A stretch of DNA of 64,000 bases from Lepidodermella squamata (lineage: Eukaryota > Animalia > Gastrotricha): assembly GCA_047495785.1 (NCBI GenBank), contig JBLDXI010000024.1, positions 5,084,001 to 5,148,000 on the forward strand. The letters are read 5' to 3'. Positions 6,573 through 19,456 of the stretch are shown here, piece by piece (within the stretch, counting starts at the first letter, position 1; each line of letters begins with the position of its first letter). A model generated the notes under the pieces. It saw only the letters and a program-made list of their open reading frames with translations. It did no database searches and had not been told where the DNA came from. The position numbers and the translations under genes are program-made.

Positions 6573-7692
6573 AATTGCGCCACAGAAGCTGGCTAATCGC
6601 AGACTCGGCATCACCACTCAGCAATATGTAGCTTTTAACGCGAGCGTTGCCATGATCACGTTGTTGCCGTTACAGTTTGGCTGTAGCCGAGGTTAGATCG
6701 GCCTTCGCATAGAATATAAACAGAGCTGAACTGTCCTTCATCAATGATCCTCAGCCGCTTTAGCTCTGCCAACCCGCGATAGCTCAGCTGGTAGAGCGGA
6801 GGACTGTAGATGCAACGCAGCTATCCTTAGGTCGGTGGTTCAAGTCCGCCTCGCGGGATTGCATGGTTTTTCACTTTCGTTGGGTAGCAGCTTTTCATTC
6901 GTTCGTCAGTAAAAATGCGCTGATAGATGTGCAAAGGCCCGTTGGTCTAGGGGTATGATTCTCGCTTTGGGTGCGAGAGGTCTCGGGTTCAAATCCCGGA
7001 CGGGCCCAAGCTTTTTGAGCTAATAGCTGAAGCGGCAGCATTACAAAAGGTGTTTGCCATAACCTTGAGCGCATGTAATGTTATCACAGCGGCATCGGTG
7101 GTTCAGTGGTAGAATTCTCGCCTGCCACGCGGGAGGCCCGGGTTCGATTCCCGGCCGATGCAAGCGACCCTGTTTTTTCATATCAGCTTCGATGTGCATC
7201 AGGCAAATTATGAGCGCAGCAAAATCAAAAGCACTGACAATTCAAGACGCTACAGTCATCCTTGGTAGTATAGTGGTTAGTATCCCCGCCTGTCACGCGG
7301 GAGACCAGGGTTCGATTCCCTGCCAAGGAGTCAGCTTTTTTAGTTGCGGCGCATATATTTCGAGCCAATTTTTTGAGAAAATTGCTAAAAAGTTGATTGC
7401 CGCCCGATGTGGGGCTCGAACCCACGACCCTGGGATTAAGAGTCCCATGCTCTACCGACTGAGCTAACCGGGCTGAGGCGCTATCAATTGCCTAAGCCGA
7501 CAATTATGAAGCAGTTGACTGCTGGCGAATGTTGACTGCCATCAAAAATACTCGAGGCTGCCAGGAGTCGAACCTGGAATCTTCTGATCCGTAGTCAGAC
7601 GCGTTGTCCATTGCGCCACAACCCCATTCGGTCGAAAGAAGGCTTGCAAGCGCTAATTAGCAGGCAGGAATGGGACTGAAGTGAAAAATGCA
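4348..7692. repeat. One canonical 3,345-bp repeat unit (20 tRNA loci)
   Basis: Runs from native Leu-CAG at 4348 to the next native Leu-CAG at 7693 and contains all 20 loci in order. Confidence 0.97.
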
Positions 7693-9868
7693 TGTCAGAA
7701 GTGGGATTCGAACCCACGCCAGTAGAAACTGACTGCGACCTGAACGCAGCGCCTTGGACCGCTCGGCCATCCTGACGAGATGGTGGAATAGATTGCTGAT
7801 ATCCTGCAGACGGCATTTTGCAAAGCTAAGATATCGCAGAGCAAGTACAGCAAACAGCAAAGTCGTATAACTGTTGCCAATATAAAACTAGCCAGCTACG
7901 CCGATCGGGGTGTATCGTTTCTTAAACTGCTGAAGAAGCACTCAAGTCGCTATGCCCGAGTGGTTAAGGGGTCTGACTAGAAATCAGATGCGGTCTCCGC
8001 GCGTAGGTTCAAATCCTACTGGCGACGACAGTTATTTTTGCATTATAACGACTGAAACTCAGTTCTGCAGTTAGCCTCCAGAACAGTCCTCGCTTTCATC
8101 AGGCGTCAGTGGTGTAACGGTCAGCATGGTTGCCTTCCAAGCAGCCGATCCGGGTTCGACTCCCGGCTGACGCACACGTTTTTAGCTCACACGTTTGAAA
8201 GCAATTGCTAGTGACGAGATTAAAGCTGTCCTTCCCAAAACCAGCGTTCGAGAGGTCCCATGGTGTAGCGGTTAGCACTCTGGACTCTGAATCCAGCGAC
8301 TCGAGTTCGATTCTCGATGGGACCTTGATACGTTTTTTCAAACAAACTTTCAGCTCACTCACTCTCAGCTGATGGAAACTTGCGATCGCAATATTTGTTA
8401 CCATTCAAACCTTTTCTTTCACTAGCCTAGGGGGCATAGCTCAGTGGTAGAGCGTCTCATTCGCATTGTGAAGGTCTCGGGTTCAATCCCCGATGCCTCC
8501 AGTTGGCAATTTTTTCGCGTAACCTCTCGAAGATTAGTTGCTATATCGGTGAAAGTGACCAGAAATTACGCTAAAAATGTGAAAATAGTGTCAGAAGTGG
8601 GGTTCGAACCCACGCCCTCTTTCGAGGACCAGATCTTGAGTCTGGCGCCTTAGACCGCTCGGCCATCCTGACCAGATGTAGCTACTCTGGGAAATTGTTG
8701 TAATCCATCCGAAAATATGAGAACTTTGGCCGTTTAAAGGGCGAGCGCATTGCATTGCCGCATCTATCGATAGGCGAAATGGCTATCGCGTCGGACTTCG
8801 GATCCGAAGATTGTGGGTTCGAGTCCCATCAGCGTCGGCTCTATTTTTGCTGGCCTTTTCTTTCGGCTGAGCTGTTATCATAGCAACAGAATTATCACTT
8901 GTCAAGCTGTCAAGAATAATCACAAGGGCCTTCCTAGCTCAGTCGGTAGAGCATGTGACTTTTAATCACAGGGTCGGGGGTTCGAGTCCCCCGGAGGGCG
9001 CAATATTTTTACCCAGGGTAACATGTTTATGGCATCGACCGGCTGCTAAGAAGACGAAGATCTCGAAGGGGGATTAGCTCAAATGGTAGAGCGCTCGCTT
9101 AGCATGCGAGAGGTAACGGGATCGACGCCCGTATCCTCCATATACTTTTTTCGGCAAGATAAAAAAGGCTGAAATGAGGAGACTGCGCTTGCGAAAATAA
9201 AGCAGTCAACCGCGGCTCAGTAGCTTAGTGGTAGAGCGTCTGCCTAGTAAGATGAAGATCGAGGGTTCGATCCCCCCCTGAGCCTGGTCTTGACACTTTT
9301 TGCAGCATTCGGAGGTCTTCCGTCCCTTTTATATAGCCATTTCATTCAGGATCAAAATTGGAAAGGCTAAAAGTGTTCCCTGACCGGGAATCGAACCCGG
9401 GCCGCCGCGGTGAAAGCGCGGAATCCTAACCACTAGACCATCAGGGAGGTGCAAAATCCCTGTTGTATGCGTAAACTGTGAAGAACTCAAATTATCAACG
9501 TCATCGCACCTTCAGCAACTCTGTGCAAAAAATAGAATGGGCCCGTTCGGGAATTGAACCCGAGACCTCTCGCACCCGAAGCGAGAATCATACCCCTAGA
9601 CCAACGGGCCAACCTGACTTTACCCAATTGGCAACTGGCAACCAAAGACTTTATTAGAACGTCTCCAGCGTTTATGCAAAACATGCGATACGCCGAGACC
9701 CGGGATCGAACCAGGGACCTTTAGATCTTCAGTCTAACGCTCTCCCAACTGAGCTATCTCGGCTGTTATTTACAGCAGTGCTAAAGTCGAAGCTTAACTT
9801 GTAGCTTAGCTAGGGAGCTCAATGCAGACTTTGGCAGCAAATAAAAAACTGCGCTCCTGGGTGGGCTC

Positions 9869-9908
<40 letters not shown>

Positions 9909-10594
9909 AATTGCGCCACAGAAGCTGGCTAATCGCAGACTCGGCATCACCACTCAGCAATATGTAGCTTTTAACGCGAGCGTTGCCATGATCACGTTGT
10001 TGCCGTTACAGTTTGGCTGTAGCCGAGGTTAGATCGGCCTTCGCATAGAATATAAACAGAGCTGAACTGTCCTTCATCAATGATCCTCAGCCGCTTTAGC
10101 TCTGCCAACCCGCGATAGCTCAGCTGGTAGAGCGGAGGACTGTAGATGCAACGCAGCTATCCTTAGGTCGGTGGTTCAAGTCCGCCTCGCGGGATTGCAT
10201 GGTTTTTCACTTTCGTTGGGTAGCAGCTTTTCATTCGTTCGTCAGTAAAAATGCGCTGATAGATGTGCAAAGGCCCGTTGGTCTAGGGGTATGATTCTCG
10301 CTTTGGGTGCGAGAGGTCTCGGGTTCAAATCCCGGACGGGCCCAAGCTTTTTGAGCTAATAGCTGAAGCGGCAGCATTACAAAAGGTGTTTGCCATAACC
10401 TTGAGCGCATGTAATGTTATCACAGCGGCATCGGTGGTTCAGTGGTAGAATTCTCGCCTGCCACGCGGGAGGCCCGGGTTCGATTCCCGGCCGATGCAAG
10501 CGACCCTGTTTTTTCATATCAGCTTCGATGTGCATCAGGCAAATTATGAGCGCAGCAAAATCAAAAGCACTGACAATTCAAGACGCTTCAGTCA

Positions 10595-10666
10595 TCCTTG
10601 GTAGTATAGTGGTTAGTATCCCCGCCTGTCACGCGGGAGACCAGGGTTCCATTCCCTGCCAAGGAG
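10595..10666 (+). tRNA. tRNA-Asp(GTC) copy with B-box variant (TTCG to TTCC)
   Basis: GGGTTCCATTCCC; C at 10650 where all other copies have G. Confidence 0.75.
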
Positions 10667-11028
10667 TCAGCTTTTTTAGTTGCGGCGCATAGGTTTCGAG
10701 CCAATTTTTTGAGAAAATTGCTAACAAGTTGATTGCCGCCCGATGTGGGGCTCGAACCCACGACCCTGGGATTAAGAGTCCCATGCTCTACCGACTGAGC
10801 TAACCGGGCTGAGGCGCTATCAATTGCCTAAGCCGACAATTATGAAGCAGTTGACTGCTGGCGAATGTTGACTGCCATCAAAAATACTCGAGGCTGCCAG
10901 GAGTCGAACCTGGAATCTTCTGATCCGTAGTCAGACGCGTTGTCCATTGCGCCACAACCCCATTCGGTCGAAAGAAGGCTTGCAAGCGCTAATTAGCAGG
11001 CAGGAATGGGACTGAAGTGAAAAATGCA

Positions 11029-13716
11029 TGTCAGAAGTGGGATTCGAACCCACGCCAGTAGAAACTGACTGCGACCTGAACGCAGCGCCTTGGACCGCTC
11101 GGCCATCCTGACGAGATGGTGGAATAGATTGCTGATATCCTGCAGACGGCATTTTGCAAAGCTAAGATATCGCAGAGCAAGTACAGCAAACAGCAAAGTC
11201 GTATAACTGTTGCCAATATAAAACTAGCCAGCTACGCCGATCGGGGTGTATCGTTTCTTAAACTGCTGAAGAAGCACTCAAGTCGCTATGCCCGAGTGGT
11301 TAAGGGGTCTGACTAGAAATCAGATGCGGTCTCCGCGCGTAGGTTCAAATCCTACTGGCGACGACAGTTATTTTTGCATTATAACGACTGAAACTCAGTT
11401 CTGCAGTTAGCCTCCAGAACAGTCCTCGCTTTCATCAGGCGTCAGTGGTGTAACGGTCAGCATGGTTGCCTTCCAAGCAGCCGATCCGGGTTCGACTCCC
11501 GGCTGACGCACACGTTTTTAGCTCACACGTTTGAAAGCAATTGCTAGTGACGAGATTAAAGCTGTCCTTCCCAAAACCAGCGTTCGAGAGGTCCCATGGT
11601 GTAGCGGTTAGCACTCTGGACTCTGAATCCAGCGACTCGAGTTCGATTCTCGATGGGACCTTGATACGTTTTTTCAAACAAACTTTCAGCTCACTCACTC
11701 TCAGCTGATGGAAACTTGCGATCGCAATATTTGTTACCATTCAAACCTTTTCTTTCACTAGCCTAGGGGGCATAGCTCAGTGGTAGAGCGTCTCATTCGC
11801 ATTGTGAAGGTCTCGGGTTCAATCCCCGATGCCTCCAGTTGGCAATTTTTTCGCGTAACCTCTCGAAGATTAGTTGCTATATCGGTGAAAGTGACCAGAA
11901 ATTACGCTAAAAATGTGAAAATAGTGTCAGAAGTGGGGTTCGAACCCACGCCAGTAGAAACTGACTGCGACCTGAACGCAGCGCCTTGGACCGCTCGGCC
12001 ATCCTGACGAGATGGTGGAATAGATTGCTGATATCCTGCAGACGGCATTTTGCAAAGCTAAGATATCGCAGAGCAAGTACAGCAAACAGCAAAGTCGTAT
12101 AACTGTTGCCAATATAAAACTAGCCAGCTACGCCGATCGGGGTGTATCGTTTCTTAAACTGCTGAAGAAGCACTCAAGTCGCTATGCCCGAGTGGTTAAG
12201 GGGTCTGACTAGAAATCAGATGCGGTCTCCGCGCGTAGGTTCAAATCCTACTGGCGACGACAGTTATTTTTGCATTATAACGACTGAAACTCAGTTCTGC
12301 AGTTAGCCTCCAGAACAGTCCTCGCTTTCATCAGGCGTCAGTGGTGTAACGGTCAGCATGGTTGCCTTCCAAGCAGCCGATCCGGGTTCGACTCCCGGCT
12401 GACGCACACGTTTTTAGCTCACACGTTTGAAAGCAATTGCTAGTGACGAGATTAAAGCTGTCCTTCCCAAAACCAGCGTTCGAGAGGTCCCATGGTGTAG
12501 CGGTTAGCACTCTGGACTCTGAATCCAGCGACTCGAGTTCGATTCTCGATGGGACCTTGATACGTTTTTTCAAACAAACTTTCAGCTCACTCACTCTCAG
12601 CTGATGGAAACTTGCGATCGCAATATTTGTTACCATTCAAACCTTTTCTTTCACTAGCCTAGGGGGCATAGCTCAGTGGTAGAGCGTCTCATTCGCATTG
12701 TGAAGGTCTCGGGTTCAATCCCCGATGCCTCCAGTTGGCAATTTTTTCGCGTAACCTCTCGAAGATTAGTTGCTATATCGGTGAAAGTGACCAGAAATTA
12801 CGCTAAAAATGTGAAAATAGTGTCAGAAGTGGGGTTCGAACCCACGCCAGTAGAAACTGACTGCGACCTGAACGCAGCGCCTTGGACCGCTCGGCCATCC
12901 TGACGAGATGGTGGAATAGATTGCTGATATCCTGCAGACGGCATTTTGCAAAGCTAAGATATCGCAGAGCAAGTACAGCAAACAGCAAAGTCGTATAACT
13001 GTTGCCAATATAAAACTAGCCAGCTACGCCGATCGGGGTGTATCGTTTCTTAAACTGCTGAAGAAGCACTCAAGTCGCTATGCCCGAGTGGTTAAGGGGT
13101 CTGACTAGAAATCAGATGCGGTCTCCGCGCGTAGGTTCAAATCCTACTGGCGACGACAGTTATTTTTGCATTATAACGACTGAAACTCAGTTCTGCAGTT
13201 AGCCTCCAGAACAGTCCTCGCTTTCATCAGGCGTCAGTGGTGTAACGGTCAGCATGGTTGCCTTCCAAGCAGCCGATCCGGGTTCGACTCCCGGCTGACG
13301 CACACGTTTTTAGCTCACACGTTTGAAAGCAATTGCTAGTGACGAGATTAAAGCTGTCCTTCCCAAAACCAGCGTTCGAGAGGTCCCATGGTGTAGCGGT
13401 TAGCACTCTGGACTCTGAATCCAGCGACTCGAGTTCGATTCTCGATGGGACCTTGATACGTTTTTTCAAACAAACTTTCAGCTCACTCACTCTCAGCTGA
13501 TGGAAACTTGCGATCGCAATATTTGTTACCATTCAAACCTTTTCTTTCACTAGCCTAGGGGGCATAGCTCAGTGGTAGAGCGTCTCATTCGCATTGTGAA
13601 GGTCTCGGGTTCAATCCCCGATGCCTCCAGTTGGCAATTTTTTCGCGTAACCTCTCGAAGATTAGTTGCTATATCGGTGAAAGTGACCAGAAATTACGCT
13701 AAAAATGTGAAAATAG
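11029..13716. repeat. Three tandem 896-bp sub-units
   Basis: Leu-CAG left ends at 11029, 11925, 12821, 13717. Confidence 0.95.
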
Positions 13717-15237
13717 TGTCAGAAGTGGGGTTCGAACCCACGCCAGTAGAAACTGACTGCGACCTGAACGCAGCGCCTTGGACCGCTCGGCCATCCTGAC
13801 GAGATGGTGGAATAGATTGCTGATATCCTGCAGACGGCATTTTGCAAAGCTAAGATATCGCAGAGCAAGTACAGCAAACAGCAAAGTCGTATAACTGTTG
13901 CCAATATAAAACTAGCCAGCTACGCCGATCGGGGTGTATCGTTTCTTAAACTGCTGAAGAAGCACTCAAGTCGCTATGCCCGAGTGGTTAAGGGGTCTGA
14001 CTAGAAATCAGATGCGGTCTCCGCGCGTAGGTTCAAATCCTACTGGCGACGACAGTTATTTTTGCATTATAACGACTGAAACTCAGTTCTGCAGTTAGCC
14101 TCCAGAACAGTCCTCGCTTTCATCAGGCGTCAGTGGTGTAACGGTCAGCATGGTTGCCTTCCAAGCAGCCGATCCGGGTTCGACTCCCGGCTGACGCACA
14201 CGTTTTTAGCTCACACGTTTGAAAGCAATTGCTAGTGACGAGATTAAAGCTGTCCTTCCCAAAACCAGCGTTCGAGAGGTCCCATGGTGTAGCGGTTAGC
14301 ACTCTGGACTCTGAATCCAGCGACTCGAGTTCGATTCTCGATGGGACCTTGATACGTTTTTTCAAACAAACTTTCAGCTCACTCACTCTCAGCTGATGGA
14401 AACTTGCGATCGCAATATTTGTTACCATTCAAACCTTTTCTTTCACTAGCCTAGGGGGCATAGCTCAGTGGTAGAGCGTCTCATTCGCATTGTGAAGGTC
14501 TCGGGTTCAATCCCCGATGCCTCCAGTTGGCAATTTTTTCGCGTAACCTCTCGAAGATTAGTTGCTATATCGGTGAAAGTGACCAGAAATTACGCTAAAA
14601 ATGTGAAAATAGTGTCAGAAGTGGGGTTCGAACCCACGCCCTCTTTCGAGGACCAGATCTTGAGTCTGGCGCCTTAGACCGCTCGGCCATCCTGACCAGA
14701 TGTAGCTACTCTGGGAAATTGTTGTAATCCATCCGAAAATATGAGAACTTTGGCCGTTTAAAGGGCGAGCGCATTGCATTGCCGCATCTATCGATAGGCG
14801 AAATGGCTATCGCGTCGGACTTCGGATCCGAAGATTGTGGGTTCGAGTCCCATCAGCGTCGGCTCTATTTTTGCTGGCCTTTTCTTTCGGCTGAGCTGTT
14901 ATCATAGCAACAGAATTATCACTTGTCAAGCTGTCAAGAATAATCACAAGGGCCTTCCTAGCTCAGTCGGTAGAGCATGTGACTTTTAATCACAGGGTCG
15001 GGGGTTCGAGTCCCCCGGAGGGCGCAATATTTTTACCCAGGGTAACATGTTTATGGCATCGACCGGCTGCTAAGAAGACGAAGATCTCGAAGGGGGATTA
15101 GCTCAAATGGTAGAGCGCTCGCTTAGCATGCGAGAGGTAACGGGATCGACGCCCGTATCCTCCATATACTTTTTTCGGCAAGATAAAAAAGGCTGAAATG
15201 AGGAGACTGCGCTTGCGAAAATAAAGCAGTCAACCGC

Positions 15238-15309
15238 GGCTCAGTAGCTTAGTGGTAGAGCGTCTGCCTAGTAAGCAGAAGATCGAGGGTTCGATCCCCC
15301 CCTGAGCCT
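15238..15309 (+). tRNA. tRNA-Thr(AGT), intact anticodon-stem allele
   Basis: TCTGC-CTAGTAA-GCAGA forms a perfect stem. Same allele at 26115, 40381, 43317, 46255, 52551, 55900, 59245, 62598. Confidence 0.93.
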
Positions 15310-15901
15310 GGTCTTGACACTTTTTGCAGCATTCGGAGGTCTTCCGTCCCTTTTATATAGCCATTTCATTCAGGATCAAAATTGGAAAGGCTAAAAGTGT
15401 TCCCTGACCGGGAATCGAACCCGGGCCGCCGCGGTGAAAGCGCGGAATCCTAACCACTAGACCATCAGGGAGGTGCAAAATCCCTGTTGTATGCGTAAAC
15501 TGTGAAGAACTCAAATTATCAACGTCATCGCACCTTCAGCAACTCTGTGCAAAAAATAGAATGGGCCCGTTCGGGAATTGAACCCGAGACCTCTCGCACC
15601 CGAAGCGAGAATCATACCCCTAGACCAACGGGCCAACCTGACTTTACCCAATTGGCAACTGGCAACCAAAGACTTTATTAGAACGTCTCCAGCGTTTATG
15701 CAAAACATGCGATACGCCGAGACCCGGGATCGAACCAGGGACCTTTAGATCTTCAGTCTAACGCTCTCCCAACTGAGCTATCTCGGCTGTTATTTACAGC
15801 AGTGCTAAAGTCGAAGCTTAACTTGTAGCTTAGCTAGGGAGCTCAATGCAGGCTGCTATGACTTTGGCAGCAAATAAAAAACTGCGCTCCTGGGTGGGCT
15901 C

Positions 15902-15941
<40 letters not shown>

Positions 15942-17061
15942 AATTGCGCCACAGAAGCTGGCTAATCGCAGACTCGGCATCACCACTCAGCAATATGTAG
16001 CTTTTAACGCGAGCGTTGCCATGATCACGTTGTTGCCGTTACAGTTTGGCTGTAGCCGAGGTTAGATCGGCCTTCGCATAGAATATAAACAGAGCTGAAC
16101 TGTCCTTCATCAATGATCCTCAGCCGCTTTAGCTCTGCCAACCCGCGATAGCTCAGCTGGTAGAGCGGAGGACTGTAGATGCAACGCAGCTATCCTTAGG
16201 TCGGTGGTTCAAGTCCGCCTCGCGGGATTGCATGGTTTTTCACTTTCGTTGGGTAGCAGCTTTTCATTCGTTCGTCAGTAAAAATGCGCTGATAGATGTG
16301 CAAAGGCCCGTTGGTCTAGGGGTATGATTCTCGCTTTGGGTGCGAGAGGTCTCGGGTTCAAATCCCGGACGGGCCCAAGCTTTTTGAGCTAATAGCTGAA
16401 GCGGCAGCATTACAAAAGGTGTTTGCCATAACCTTGAGCGCATGTAATGTTATCACAGCGGCATCGGTGGTTCAGTGGTAGAATTCTCGCCTGCCACGCG
16501 GGAGGCCCGGGTTCGATTCCCGGCCGATGCAAGCGACCCTGTTTTTTCATATCAGCTTCGATGTGCATCAGGCAAATTATGAGCGCAGCAAAATCAAAAG
16601 CACTGACAATTCAAGACGCTTCAGTCATCCTTGGTAGTATAGTGGTTAGTATCCCCGCCTGTCACGCGGGAGACCAGGGTTCGATTCCCTGCCAAGGAGT
16701 CAGCTTTTTTAGTTGCGGCGCATAGGTTTCGAGCCAATTTTTTGAGAAAATTGCTAACAAGTTGATTGCCGCCCGATGTGGGGCTCGAACCCACGACCCT
16801 GGGATTAAGAGTCCCATGCTCTACCGACTGAGCTAACCGGGCTGAGGCGCTATCAATTGCCTAAGCCGACAATTATGAAGCAGTTGACTGCTGGCGAATG
16901 TTGACTGCCATCAAAAATACTCGAGGCTGCCAGGAGTCGAACCTGGAATCTTCTGATCCGTAGTCAGACGCGTTGTCCATTGCGCCACAACCCCATTCGG
17001 TCGAAAGAAGGCTTGCAAGCGCTAATTAGCAGGCAGGAATGGGACTGAAGTGAAAAATGCA

Positions 17062-19246
17062 TGTCAGAAGTGGGGTTCGAACCCACGCCAGTAGAAACTG
17101 ACTGCGACCTGAACGCAGCGCCTTGGACCGCTCGGCCATCCTGACGAGATGGTGGAATAGATTGCTGATATCCTGCAGACGGCATTTTGCAAAGCTAAGA
17201 TATCGCAGAGCAAGTACAGCAAACAGCAAAGTCGTATAACTGTTGCCAATATAAAACTAGCCAGCTACGCCGATCGGGGTGTATCGTTTCTTAAACTGCT
17301 GAAGAAGCACTCAAGTCGCTATGCCCGAGTGGTTAAGGGGTCTGACTAGAAATCAGATGCGGTCTCCGCGCGTAGGTTCAAATCCTACTGGCGACGACAG
17401 TTATTTTTGCATTATAACGACTGAAACTCAGTTCTGCAGTTAGCCTCCAGAACAGTCCTCGCTTTCATCAGGCGTCAGTGGTGTAACGGTCAGCATGGTT
17501 GCCTTCCAAGCAGCCGATCCGGGTTCGACTCCCGGCTGACGCACACGTTTTTAGCTCACACGTTTGAAAGCAATTGCTAGTGACGAGATTAAAGCTGTCC
17601 TTCCCAAAACCAGCGTTCGAGAGGTCCCATGGTGTAGCGGTTAGCACTCTGGACTCTGAATCCAGCGACTCGAGTTCGATTCTCGATGGGACCTTGATAC
17701 GTTTTTTCAAACAAACTTTCAGCTCACTCACTCTCAGCTGATGGAAACTTGCGATCGCAATATTTGTTACCATTCAAACCTTTTCTTTCACTAGCCTAGG
17801 GGGCATAGCTCAGTGGTAGAGCGTCTCATTCGCATTGTGAAGGTCTCGGGTTCAATCCCCGATGCCTCCAGTTGGCAATTTATTCGCGTAACCTCTCGAA
17901 GATTAGTTGCTATATCGGTGAAAGTGACCAGAAATTACGCTAAAAATGTGAAAATAGTGTCAGAAGTGGGGTTCGAACCCACGCCCTCTTTCGAGGACCA
18001 GATCTTGAGTCTGGCGCCTTAGACCGCTCGGCCATCCTGACCAGATGTAGCTACTCTGGGAAATTGTTGTAATCCATCCGAAAATATGAGAAATTTGGCC
18101 GTTTAAAGGGCGAGCGCATTGCATTGCCGCATCTATCGATAGGCGAAATGGCTATCGCGTCGGACTTCGGATCCGAAGATTGTGGGTTCGAGTCCCATCA
18201 GCGTCGGCTCTATTTTTGCTGGCCTTTTCTTTCGGCTGAGCTGTTATCATAGCAACAGAATTATCACTTGTCAAGCTGTCAAGAATAATCACAAGGGCCT
18301 TCCTAGCTCAGTCGGTAGAGCATGTGACTTTTAATCACAGGGTCGGGGGTTCGAGTCCCCCGGAGGGCGCAATATTTTTACCCAGGGTAACATGTTTATG
18401 GCATCGACCGGCTGCTAAGAAGACGAAGATCTCGAAGGGGGATTAGCTCAAATGGTAGAGCGCTCGCTTAGCATGCGAGAGGTAACGGGATCGACGCCCG
18501 TATCCTCCATATACTTTTTTCGGCAAGATAAAAAAGGCTGAAATGAGGAGACTGCGCTTGCGAAAATAAAGCAGTCAACCGCGGCTCAGTAGCTTAGTGG
18601 TAGAGCGTCTGCCTAGTAAGATGAAGATCGAGGGTTCGATCCCCCCCTGAGCCTGGTCTTGACACTTTTTGCAGCATTCGGAGGTCTTCCGTCCCTTTTA
18701 TATAGCCATTTCATTCAGGATCAAAATTGGAAAGGCTAAAAGTGTTCCCTGACCGGGAATCGAACCCGGGCCGCCGCGGTGAAAGCGCGGAATCCTAACC
18801 ACTAGACCATCAGGGAGGTGCAAAATCCCTGTTGTATGCGTAAACTGTGAAGAACTCAAATTATCAACGTCATCGCACCTTCAGCAACTCTGTGCAAAAA
18901 ATAGAATGGGCCCGTTCGGGAATTGAACCCGAGACCTCTCGCACCCGAAGCGAGAATCATACCCCTAGACCAACGGGCCAACCTGACTTTACCCAATTGG
19001 CAACTGGCAACCAAAGACTTTATTAGAACGTCTCCAGCGTTTATGCAAAACATGCGATACGCCGAGACCCGGGATCGAACCAGGGACCTTTAGATCTTCA
19101 GTCTAACGCTCTCCCAACTGAGCTATCTCGGCTGTTATTTACAGCAGTGCTAAAGTCGAAGCTTAACTTGTAGCTTAGCTAGGGAGCTCAATGCAGGCTG
19201 CTATGACTTTGGCAGCAAATAAAAAACTGCGCTCCTGGGTGGGCTC

Positions 19247-19286
<40 letters not shown>

Positions 19287-19456
19287 AATTGCGCCACAGA
19301 AGCTGGCTAATCGCAGACTCGGCATCACCACTCAGCAATATGTAGCTTTTAACGCGAGCGTTGCCATGATCACGTTGTTGCCGTTACAGTTTGGCTGTAG
19401 ATTAGTTGCTATATCGGTGAAAGTGACCAGAAATTACGCTAAAAATGTGAAAATAG
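17062..19456. repeat. Truncated 2,395-bp unit lacking Tyr, Pro-TGG, Gly-GCC, Asp, Lys-CTT and Arg-ACG
   Basis: At 19399-19400 the Asn-Tyr spacer (TTTGGCTGTAG) is joined to the Ala-CGC/Leu spacer (ATTAGTTGCTATATC). Confidence 0.93.
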
